Positions 1 through 7,493 of a DNA stretch of 32,000 nt are shown here, one piece after another. The stretch's first letter is position 1; every line of letters begins with the position of its first letter. The notes under the pieces are model-generated. The model saw nothing but the letters and a program-made list of their open reading frames with translations, was not told the origin of the DNA and did no database searches. The translations under genes and the position numbers were made by a program. Source of the DNA: Candidatus Bathyarchaeia archaeon (GTDB taxonomy: Archaea > Thermoproteota > Bathyarchaeia > 40CM-2-53-6); the NCBI GenBank assembly GCA_050013255.1, contig JBEKFP010000001.1, forward strand, positions 65,417 to 97,416, read 5' to 3'.

Positions 1-778
1 TGACCGCATCGCACGTTTTCAACCCCTTCTTCAGAGCGGTCTTAATGCTAGCTTCACGATCCTTGACGATACCCAAATCTACAGCATCTGCCCCCAATTC
101 CTGAAGCATACAAGATAACATCGCCCTGTTGATGTCGACCACTCTGGCGACGCTGCATCTACTAATTGAATCCACGAGCTCGTTACCAGTTGACAGAACT
201 GCCACGCGCGGCTTTCTTGAAACGTAGACCTTTGCCAATCCAAGTGCCTTCAACATGCCAATATCCTGTGGCCGGAGGTGCGCCCCTTTCCTGAGAACTA
301 CTGCACCTGGGGTGACGTCCTCACCTTTCCTCGCTATGCTCTGCCCCGCCGTTGCGGGGGCATGCACCGCGATACTGCTTGAAGAGAGTCTGGTAGTTCT
401 CTCGACTATCACGACAGTGTCTGCACCGGAGGGAACAAGGCTCCCGGTTGCGACAGCAACAGCGTCACCCTGACCGAGCTGCATCCGAGGCATTACGCCT
501 AACCTGCTTTCCCCAATGACCCGGAGGGTTACTGGGTTTTCTTGAGAAGCACTCTTCACGTCTTCAACGCGAACTGCGTATCCGTCCATAACCGAACGGT
601 CAACCGGTGGCAAGTATTGGTCTGCAACAACATCTTTTCCAAGACACCGTCCCAAAGCCCGTTGCACAGGCAGCAATTCTAGTCTGACAGCCCGCTCTCC
701 TAAAGCATCAAGAAGAATCCCGAGCGCTGGGTCCACCTTAGTTAGTTTCTGAAACCCCACGGTGTGTAGATGGTCCAT
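1..778 (-). CDS. moeA: Molybdopterin molybdenumtransferase MoeA, N-terminal part (gene runs off the left edge)
   Basis: This ORF is absent from the supplied track because it is edge-truncated. My minus-strand translation from the ATG at 778-776 gives MDHLHTVGFQKLTKVDPALGILLDALG...LPPVDRSVMDGYAVRVEDV...GDAVAVATGSLVPSGADTVVIVE...LRPQDIGMLKALGLAKVYV...VAVLSTGNELV. That is the typical MoeA N-terminal and MPT-binding pattern. Confidence 0.8.
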   Translation of the reverse strand, partial: MDHLHTVGFQKLTKVDPALGILLDALGERAVRLELLPVQRALGRCLGKDVVADQYLPPVDRSVMDGYAVRVEDVKSASQENPVTLRVIGESRLGVMPRMQLGQGDAVAVATGSLVPSGADTVVIVERTTRLSSSSIAVHAPATAGQSIARKGEDVTPGAVVLRKGAHLRPQDIGMLKALGLAKVYVSRKPRVAVLSTGNELVDSISRCSVARVVDINRAMLSCMLQELGADAVDLGIVKDREASIKTALKKGLKTCDAV

Positions 779-839
779 GGATTGAACATTCACTCGACGG
801 GAAGATATTATCTGCGGAGGTATCTAACACAAGCTGACG

Positions 840-1121
840 ATGGCCGCCATGGTTGATACGTTGACCGTTTCTATTGCCATTCTTGCAGTGGTCGTACTAG
901 TTGGCATAATTTTCTGGTTTCAAAGGACTCGCCGAAACGAACTCGGCATACCTGTAATCGAACTTGAAAAGCTGGTCAAATGCAATTCCTGCGGTTCTCA
1001 AATTCCGGAGGGTGCCCGGAAATGCGCTTTTTGTGGCGCCTGGCAACGCCCACTCGATTCCGGAGAACAAATAAAGGCCTCACAGCGAAATGGCACGAAC
1101 GCCGCCGACGGATCACACTAG
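840..1121 (+). CDS. Small membrane-anchored zinc-ribbon protein (hypothetical)
   Basis: 93 aa with an ATG start. It has one hydrophobic helix (VSIAILAVVVLVGIIFWF) followed by a CxxC-x9-CxxC zinc ribbon (CNSCGSQIPEGARKCAFCG). It is divergent from moeA, and its TAG stop (1119-1121) touches the first base of the tRNA. Confidence 0.5.
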   Translation: MAAMVDTLTVSIAILAVVVLVGIIFWFQRTRRNELGIPVIELEKLVKCNSCGSQIPEGARKCAFCGAWQRPLDSGEQIKASQRNGTNAADGSH

Positions 1122-1256
1122 CCGCCGTATGCGCATTCTCGCAGACGACAGCTCAGTGGTGGAGCAGCGGACCCTTATTGGAAAGGGGCTGAAGCTGTTA
1201 AGCGGGCAGACGCAGCTACCCGTTGGTCGCAGGTTCGAGCCCTGCCGGCGGCGCCA
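1121..1256 (+). tRNA. tRNA-Asn (anticodon GTT) interrupted by three introns, with genomically encoded CCA
   Basis: The exons are 1121-1129, 1151-1170, 1194-1200 and 1218-1253, followed by CCA at 1254-1256. They splice to a 72-nt cloverleaf: GCCGCCG TA GCTC AGTGGTG GAGC A GCGGG CTGTTAA CCCGT TGGTC GCAGG TTCGAGC CCTGC CGGCGGC G. The acceptor stem is a perfect 7 bp, with U8, a GG D-loop, a TTCGAGC T-loop and discriminator G73. The intron at 1171-1193 sits in a strict hBHBh' motif, and the intron at 1201-1217 sits at the canonical 37/38 position with a 4-bp central helix. Confidence 0.8.
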
Positions 1257-1305
1257 ATAAATTCTAGGCTAACGTGTGTGAACGAGAGGAGTTGCCTTCA
1301 GGCAG

Positions 1306-1722
1306 TTGCATGTCCGCGAATTTCAACTCGCAGATTATGAAGATGTACTAGGTCTTTGGAAGATGGCCGGCCTAATTCTGCGGCCAGGCGATGAACTTGA
1401 CGGAATCAAGACGAAGTTACGGAGAGACCCTGATCTATTCTTAGTCGCTGAAGATGGTGGCGAGATCGTTGGGGTTGTCATGGGCGCTTGGGATGGAAGG
1501 CGTGGCTGGATCAATCATCTTGCAGTCACACCCAACCATCAACGAAAAGGAATAGGTCACGCTCTCGTCGAAGAGCTTGAGAAGCGCCTATTTAGAAAAG
1601 GGGCAAAGAAGGTCAACGCGCAAATCTATCGATCGAACACAAAATCATTCGATTTCTTCAAGTCATGTGCTTATGAGGTTCATTCCGACCTCGTAATGAT
1701 TGGGAAGCAACTCAAAGGGTAG
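1306..1722 (+). CDS. GNAT family N-acetyltransferase
   Basis: 138 aa with a TTG start. The acetyl-CoA binding core reads INHLAVTPNHQRKGIGHALVEELEKRL (the Q/RxxGxG/A motif). Confidence 0.85.
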   Translation: MHVREFQLADYEDVLGLWKMAGLILRPGDELDGIKTKLRRDPDLFLVAEDGGEIVGVVMGAWDGRRGWINHLAVTPNHQRKGIGHALVEELEKRLFRKGAKKVNAQIYRSNTKSFDFFKSCAYEVHSDLVMIGKQLKG

Positions 1723-1737
1723 ATGCCTATCCTGCGG

Positions 1738-2802
1738 CTACGTTACAGCTCCTTCAGGAACGGGCACATAATCGCAGATGCTTGAAGGCTTTTCAAGGAT
1801 ACGGTTTATTGTGACTTCGCCGACGATGCGGCAATATTTGCCGATTTGGCTAAGGTTCCAGATTATGATTCTTATGCTCGCCGCTGCAGCGACATCTCTC
1901 ACGTTCGCGAGAACCTTCTGTGTCAACTTTCTCTCTTCGGCCTCCAGTGTTTCCACCATTTCAACAGCTTCATTGGACATCGAAATATCGCCCGTCAGGA
2001 GTGCTTTGATGGTGTGATCTGAAGTCTTCATTATTTGGTTGCTGAATTTCGCTATGTCGTTGAGTATAGCTTCGGTCGGTATTGCTCGATCTTTCAGCAC
2101 TAGCACTTCGTTGGCGATATTTTCTGCTGAGTCAGCCATCTCTTCGAGGGTCTTGGCGACCACCCTGTTGCCTGGTATGTGAACCGGCGACTCGATGCCT
2201 ATCTTTGTTCCCACACTTCTGTCCCGTATCGCGAGTAGTAGTTGCCTAACGATGAGCCAATAAATGCGATCGGACTCCTCCTCCATGTGTGTTACCTCGG
2301 CCGCAAGTTCAGGCCTTCTTTCGACAAGTGCCTTGATCGACACGTCGATCATTGAGTTAATTATGATATGCAAACGCCGCATGAGGCCGTAGATCGGAAA
2401 CCGGGTAGGGTCAACGAAGCTCTGCAGCGTGACTTGCTTCAAGGTCTGCTCAACAATGCTGAGGCCTGTCAGCCGCTGAGTTGTGGCCCGAATCTCCTCA
2501 AGGTGAACTTTCTTCAACTCATCTTTAGCCACGATTTGTATCGTATCATGGCCGAGAATATAATTCGCCGTTATGACTCTGGTCAGTATGTTCCGTGAAT
2601 TGCAGAGGTCTGCATTGACAATACAGTCCTTAATCTCCTCTCTTTTGTGCTCTGTTCCCGGGATGAGTTTCAGTGTTCCGTCGTCTTCGCGTTTGATTGA
2701 GACAATGTCGCCCGCTTTCAGTTTGACGTCTTCAACCCATTCCCGCGGAAGTGAAACGGTTAAGGTGGAATATCCAACTCTCTGAACTTTGCGAGCTTCC
2801 AA
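1738..2802 (-). CDS. AbrB/SpoVT-domain plus PhoU-domain regulator (archaeal PhoU-like), paralog 1
   Basis: 354 aa with a TTG start. The N-terminus RKVQRVGYSTLTVSLPREWVEDVKLKAGDIV is a swapped-hairpin AbrB motif. It is followed by two helical PhoU-like repeats (EESDRIYWLIVRQLL, and others). Confidence 0.85.
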   Translation of the reverse strand: MEARKVQRVGYSTLTVSLPREWVEDVKLKAGDIVSIKREDDGTLKLIPGTEHKREEIKDCIVNADLCNSRNILTRVITANYILGHDTIQIVAKDELKKVHLEEIRATTQRLTGLSIVEQTLKQVTLQSFVDPTRFPIYGLMRRLHIIINSMIDVSIKALVERRPELAAEVTHMEEESDRIYWLIVRQLLLAIRDRSVGTKIGIESPVHIPGNRVVAKTLEEMADSAENIANEVLVLKDRAIPTEAILNDIAKFSNQIMKTSDHTIKALLTGDISMSNEAVEMVETLEAEERKLTQKVLANVRDVAAAASIRIIIWNLSQIGKYCRIVGEVTINRILEKPSSICDYVPVPEGAVT

Positions 2803-2834
2803 ATTTCTGCACAGAATTAACGTTAGGTCACTAG

Positions 2835-2842
2835 AATATATA
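2835..2842 (-). promoter_or_regulatory. Candidate TATA box for the AbrB-PhoU paralog 1 gene
   Basis: The gene-sense sequence is GAAGTATATATTCTAG, centred about 36 nt upstream of the TTG start at 2802. That spacing fits an archaeal TATA box with a short leader. Confidence 0.3.
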
Positions 2843-2937
2843 CTTCAGCATCGTTTGTCATAGCCTGTACTATCGCTTACTACTATAGAGATTCATGCCG
2901 TGTACGCAGTGCATATTCGGAAGGCTGATTGTAACTA

Positions 2938-4161
2938 CTACCTTGCCACCGAGAAGGCATATGAAAAAACATATTCACCGATGCGTTTTACACCTTGCTC
3001 GATACGTTGCTCGGGCTCACTGACGAATGTCATCCTAACGTGTCCTGCGCCTTTTTCACCGAAGAAAGACCCTGGGATGACGACCACTCCCTTCCTGGAC
3101 ATGAGCCGGTTGCAGAACTCCTCTTCGTTTCGTTCCATTGACTTCAGATATCGCCTCATGTCGACGAAGAAATAGAAGGCGCCTTCTGGCCTGACAGTTC
3201 TCGCTTCGGGCAAGGACTCCCTGATCGCTTTCTCCATGCAGTCTCTTCGTTTCATGTATGTCGGAATTACGATGTTTTGCAAGTATCGCTCCTTTACCCC
3301 ATCGCTCAAGAAGCGAATCATTGCATTTTGGCTCAGGGTATTCGGTGCGAGAGTCGTGTACTGCTTTACCTTTTCCATGCCATCAATCACGTCCGCTGGT
3401 CCGAGCGCATACCCCAGCCGCAAGCCCGGCGCTGATGCTTCCTTTGAGAAGCTACCGACGGAGATGACTCTCTCTCGTGCACCCGGCAGGGTTGTAATTC
3501 TAGGCTGATTGTCCTTTCCGTAGATGATATCGCGGTACGTCGAGTCGTTGATGATCCAAAAGTCGTGGTCGACCGCCAAGTCAACTAGCCCCTTGACAAA
3601 GTCAGGTCGGACTATCCGGCCGGTGGGATTGTCCGGGCTCAGGAGGACAATAGCCTTCGTACGTTTGGTCACCAACGATTTAAGTAACTCAAGGTTGGGT
3701 TGGTACCCGTCTTCTACGCTCACAGGCAGTTTTATCATGCGTGCCCCTGCCAATTGAGCCGATTCTAAGTACCCGAGGTAAGTTGGGTCGGTTACTATGA
3801 GCTCGTCGTTCTTGTTGAAAATGGACAAGTAAGCGGTGAATATGGCTTCAGTGGCACCATCGGCTAGAATAACTTCCTTTTCCGGAGTATATTTCGTCCC
3901 TTGGTGTTTTTCCCAATCAGCAGCAATGAGTTTCCTCAAGTCTAAGTATCCGCGGGTTCCGGTGTAGGCCGAAGTAGCCTGCGGATCCTCTGTGATTCTC
4001 TTCACAATTTCCTCAGAAACTTCCTTTGGCGGTGGTAGGCTTGGCCCTCCGCCGCCGAAGGAGACTAGCTCCTTTCTCTGGCTTGCCTCGGCCAAAAGAG
4101 CTGTAACGCGGCGGATGGGTGAGATGTGAAGGGCGGTAACACGGTCAGAGAGAGTTACCAT
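2938..4161 (-). CDS. Pyridoxal-phosphate-dependent aminotransferase, class I/II (aspartate/aromatic type)
   Basis: The PLP-lysine motif is SFSKEASAPGLRLGY. From the ATG at 4161 the N-terminus MVTLSDRVTALHISPIRRV matches the usual family start. The track ORF extends to a GTG at 4203, adding 14 aa that are not typical of the family. Confidence 0.85.
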   Translation of the reverse strand: MVTLSDRVTALHISPIRRVTALLAEASQRKELVSFGGGGPSLPPPKEVSEEIVKRITEDPQATSAYTGTRGYLDLRKLIAADWEKHQGTKYTPEKEVILADGATEAIFTAYLSIFNKNDELIVTDPTYLGYLESAQLAGARMIKLPVSVEDGYQPNLELLKSLVTKRTKAIVLLSPDNPTGRIVRPDFVKGLVDLAVDHDFWIINDSTYRDIIYGKDNQPRITTLPGARERVISVGSFSKEASAPGLRLGYALGPADVIDGMEKVKQYTTLAPNTLSQNAMIRFLSDGVKERYLQNIVIPTYMKRRDCMEKAIRESLPEARTVRPEGAFYFFVDMRRYLKSMERNEEEFCNRLMSRKGVVVIPGSFFGEKGAGHVRMTFVSEPEQRIEQGVKRIGEYVFSYAFSVAR

Positions 4162-4291
4162 CTCACGATGCCTGCATACAAGCGCGGTTTGACTTAGGCT
4201 CACTATAAGCTTTCCAACTTAATGTAATTACACTAAATGCCAAAAATAATAGGACGAAGAGCAACAGGAAAACACGAGGGGAAAAGAAGCG

Positions 4292-4732
4292 TTGTGCCTA
4301 AACTTTGTTGAGGGCGGCGACTGTCACCTGACTGGCGGAAAATGCCTCCTCGGACTGAGCGGAGCTTCAGCAGAGAATCGCAATTGCGACTGTGAGTTCC
4401 ACGGGAATTTTGATGTCTGGGTCACACAGAAGAACCAACTTCTCATAACAGATATGGGTTTTCCATCCGAGGAACCAAAACAATGTTTAGCGCTCGGCAT
4501 CAACGAAACCCTAGCAAGAAAAATCGCGTCGGACAAAGTGGATAAGCTCCGAACATGCATACTAACAACTGAACGCAGATGTTTGAAATGTAGTCGGCAG
4601 TTTTGGATAACTCAGCATACATCCAAGCCTGGCCTTCTCGAAACTGGAAAAGGCTACTTCTGCCCCGACTGCATTGGCGAAGGCAGAAGTATCGAGGAGA
4701 GGCTGGGTGTTCTAGGTTATTGGTGCGGTTAA
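4292..4732 (+). CDS. Hypothetical Cys-rich protein with a C-terminal zinc ribbon
   Basis: 146 aa from a TTG start, with an internal ATG at 4454 that gives 92 aa. The C-terminus has CLKC-x22-CPDC. This is the only sizeable ORF filling a 535-bp gap, and I recognise no family. The start site is uncertain. Confidence 0.35.
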   Translation: MCLNFVEGGDCHLTGGKCLLGLSGASAENRNCDCEFHGNFDVWVTQKNQLLITDMGFPSEEPKQCLALGINETLARKIASDKVDKLRTCILTTERRCLKCSRQFWITQHTSKPGLLETGKGYFCPDCIGEGRSIEERLGVLGYWCG

Positions 4733-4738
4733 TCTGGT

Positions 4739-5371
4739 CTATTGAGCTGCCCACGTTGGGACACAGTGGAACGGCGATTTGGCTTTGAATTCTGTTGTCG
4801 GGTTGTTACGAACGAATTCTCTACCCTTCGTCAGTGCTAGGTGATTCAATGGCATTAGGGTTTCTTTCTTGCCAGCAAGAAAGTGCTTCAGAGATTCCTT
4901 AATGCGATCGTCAGTGACCTGTGGGTGGCACAGTTCGATAAACGCGCCGAACATTACTGCATTGGCGAACATTTTCGTATCTTGCGTCTCGGTTGGAGAA
5001 TCATTCTTCAACTCATCTGCTATCTGGGTTGCCGGAATCCCGAATGCTTTGACATCATCACGGTCAATTTCGGTCCCGATCAGCGTCGTGTTGTAGAGGA
5101 CTACTCCGTCCGGGCGAAGGTAATTGAGGAAGTCCAGTGAGGGTTGATTCATTATTATCTCAATGTCGGGTTCTTCTGCTATTGGGTTGTCAACTTCATC
5201 GTCTGATATCACGACGTAGCACTTTGCCTTGCCACCCCGCGTCTCGGGGCCGTACGATGGGGTGTACGCAACATGTTTGCCTTCTAGCATGGCAGTGTAG
5301 GCTATGTAATCACTGAGCAGCAGGACGCCCTGGCCACCGTGCCCAGCTATCAGTACCTTAGTTTTTGTCAT
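4739..5371 (-). CDS. 2-oxoacid:ferredoxin oxidoreductase, gamma subunit
   Basis: 210 aa. The N-terminus IAGHGGQGVLLLSDYIA...YGPETRGG is typical of the gamma subunit. It overlaps the beta gene by 4 nt. Confidence 0.9.
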   Translation of the reverse strand: MTKTKVLIAGHGGQGVLLLSDYIAYTAMLEGKHVAYTPSYGPETRGGKAKCYVVISDDEVDNPIAEEPDIEIIMNQPSLDFLNYLRPDGVVLYNTTLIGTEIDRDDVKAFGIPATQIADELKNDSPTETQDTKMFANAVMFGAFIELCHPQVTDDRIKESLKHFLAGKKETLMPLNHLALTKGREFVRNNPTTEFKAKSPFHCVPTWAAQ

Positions 5372-6168
5372 TGCTTCTCAACTCCGAAGGTATCTTTGTA
5401 GACACCTAGCGGGAACTTCTTCGCCATGTGCTCGTACACGAAGCGTTTGGCGTCTAGGATGGGCATCTTCCAGTTAATCGAGCAGGTGCTTAGCAGTTCG
5501 ACGAAGGCGAAACCGCCCAGGGCTTGGACTTTGAACGCGTTCTCCACCGATTTCTTCGCGTCAAGCAAATTCTTGATCGTATACACCTTGCCCCTCTGGC
5601 TTGAGAGCTCTTGAACTGCCAAGCTTGCACGTTTCACGTAGGCTGCACCGTCTATTCCTGAGAGGAGTTTTGAAACATCGAGCTCAGTCCCTGTCATTGC
5701 TGCATTTCTTCCGAATGGCGTGGTAGTAGTTACCTGACCTTCGAGTGTGGTTGGGGCCATTTGGCCGCCGGTCATACCGTAGATTGCGTTGTTCACGAGG
5801 AAGACTGTGATCGGGGTGTTTCTCTTCGCTGCGTACACCAATTCCAAGAGCCCGATGGAGGCGGCGTCTCCGTCGCCCTGAACTGTGAAGACGGTAAGTT
5901 CAGGCTTAACCCTCTTCAGGCCTGCGGCAACCGCAGGAGCTCTTCCGTGAGGCGCCACGATGTGGTCGCAGTTGAAGTAATTGTAAGCCAGGACACTGCA
6001 GCCTACTGAGTCGATCATAACCGTTTTTTCACGAATTCGTAGTTCATCCATTGCGGCGGCGATCAACCGGGTGAGCGTGCCATGTTCGCATCCTGCGCAG
6101 TAGTGCGTTGGGTTATCGGTCAAAGATTCCAGTTTGCCTATCTTTACTTTGAGAGAAAGTTGACTCAT
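5368..6168 (-). CDS. 2-oxoacid:ferredoxin oxidoreductase, beta (TPP-binding) subunit
   Basis: 266 aa. It carries the CAGCEHG cysteine motif and the GDGD...N TPP/Mg motif (VQGDGDAASIGLLE...NNAIYGMTGGQ). Confidence 0.9.
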   Translation of the reverse strand: MSQLSLKVKIGKLESLTDNPTHYCAGCEHGTLTRLIAAAMDELRIREKTVMIDSVGCSVLAYNYFNCDHIVAPHGRAPAVAAGLKRVKPELTVFTVQGDGDAASIGLLELVYAAKRNTPITVFLVNNAIYGMTGGQMAPTTLEGQVTTTTPFGRNAAMTGTELDVSKLLSGIDGAAYVKRASLAVQELSSQRGKVYTIKNLLDAKKSVENAFKVQALGGFAFVELLSTCSINWKMPILDAKRFVYEHMAKKFPLGVYKDTFGVEKQ

Positions 6169-7241
6169 GCCGCTAACACCTCCAGATGTCGCAGCTTACT
6201 TTCTATTTCAGCTTCGGTCGGGACGATTCCGCCCCATTTGCCTAGAAAGTCAACAGTTACACCATCGCCGACTGCGAGCTTCACATCCTCATACATTTGA
6301 CCGGTGTTCAACTCAACATCCAAGAACTGCTTTCCTTCCGAAGCGAGTTTTCTCAGGGCGAGTTTCGGAAAAGGCCAAAGCGTAATTGGCCTGAAGAGGC
6401 CGACCTTGACACCCTTCGAACGAAGTTTGTTAATGGCGCCCTTTGCGATTCGTGACACAATACCGAAGGCAACGATCACTTTCTCAGCATCTTCAGTTAA
6501 GTAAGACTCAAACCTAACCTCGTTCGCTTCTGCCAGCTTGTATTTCTCGAAAATTCTGCCCACGTGTTTGTAGTGCTTCTGGTAGTCGAGTTCTAGCGAG
6601 TTGAGTATGTGTGGCCCGCGGCCCTTAGCCCCTGTAGCAGCCCAGGAGGACACATCGTACTTTGGTGGCGTGAACTCCGGGAACTCCACGTCCTCTTTCA
6701 ATTGGCCTGTGAAAGCATCTCCCAAAATCAGTGTTGGGTTTCTGTACTTGAACGCCAAGTCGAATCCAATTCTTGGGAAGAGGGCCATTTCTTGAACTGA
6801 GGCCGGAGCTAAAACGAATAACCGGTAATTGCCGTGCCCGCCTCCTTTGGTCGCCTGGAAGTAATCGCTCTGTTCCGGGCCAAGGTTGCCTAGGCCTGGC
6901 CCCGCTCGGCAAATATCAACCACTAGGAATGGAAGTTCCATCCCAGCCGCATATGACAACCCCTCCTGTTTCAGGCTGAAACCTGGGCTAGAGGTCGCAG
7001 TCATCGCGCGTACCCCGCCGGATGCAGCTCCAAGGACCATGTTGATGGCCTCTAGTTCGCTCGCGGCTTGCAAGAAGTATTTGTATTCTGGGTATTTTTT
7101 GTTGCCAAACTCCTTTGCTAGGGTTTCTGGGATTTCGCTTGATGGGGTTATTGGGTATGCGAAGTACGCATTGAGGCCTGCTTCGAGCGCGCCGTATGCC
7201 ACAGCCTCGTTACCCTTTAGGTAAACTCGTTGTTTCGACAT
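6165..7241 (-). CDS. 2-oxoacid:ferredoxin oxidoreductase, alpha subunit
   Basis: 358 aa. The N-terminus LKGNEAVAYGALEAGLNAYFAYPITPSSEI is typical of the alpha subunit. Confidence 0.9.
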   Translation of the reverse strand: MSKQRVYLKGNEAVAYGALEAGLNAYFAYPITPSSEIPETLAKEFGNKKYPEYKYFLQAASELEAINMVLGAASGGVRAMTATSSPGFSLKQEGLSYAAGMELPFLVVDICRAGPGLGNLGPEQSDYFQATKGGGHGNYRLFVLAPASVQEMALFPRIGFDLAFKYRNPTLILGDAFTGQLKEDVEFPEFTPPKYDVSSWAATGAKGRGPHILNSLELDYQKHYKHVGRIFEKYKLAEANEVRFESYLTEDAEKVIVAFGIVSRIAKGAINKLRSKGVKVGLFRPITLWPFPKLALRKLASEGKQFLDVELNTGQMYEDVKLAVGDGVTVDFLGKWGGIVPTEAEIESKLRHLEVLAA

Positions 7242-7493
7242 CTATGCTTTCACCAGGATCTCACTTATGGCGAAGTCTGGGCAGACCCAGTAACATATGG
7301 CGCATCCCGTGCACTCTCCCTTCGTTCCTCGATACGTGAATTCCGCTGGGTGGAAGCCAGCATGATTCAGTTTGGTGGAGAGCTTGAGGTTGCCCTGTGG
7401 GCAAACGACGACGCAGAGCTCACAGGCTTTGCACCGCTCATCCAAGATCTTAACTGAAGCCCTAGGTTGAAGGACCGTTGTAGTTTCGGTCAA
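7242..7493 (-). CDS. 2-oxoacid:ferredoxin oxidoreductase, delta subunit (2x[4Fe-4S] ferredoxin)
   Basis: 83 aa with a TTG start. It has two cluster motifs, CKACELCVVVCP and CTGCAICYWVCP. Its stop codon directly abuts the alpha-subunit ATG. Confidence 0.9.
   Translation of the reverse strand: MTETTTVLQPRASVKILDERCKACELCVVVCPQGNLKLSTKLNHAGFHPAEFTYRGTKGECTGCAICYWVCPDFAISEILVKA

Noticed and set aside
980-1192. A 70-aa plus-strand track ORF overlapping the tRNA.
   Set aside because: It runs through the tRNA gene and, in another frame, through the 3' end of the zinc-ribbon ORF. It has no recognisable features, so I treat it as a chance ORF.
1121-1256. An alternative reading of the tRNA as tRNA-Phe(GAA). 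It uses exon GCTGAAG (1188-1194) with introns at 1171-1187 and 1195-1217.
   Set aside because: That parse gives no BHB at the 30/31 junction and only 3 of 4 central-helix pairs at 37/38. It also pairs a Phe anticodon with a G73 discriminator. The Asn(GTT) parse gives a strict hBHBh' motif and a good canonical BHB, and it fits G73. I kept the Phe reading only as a caveat.
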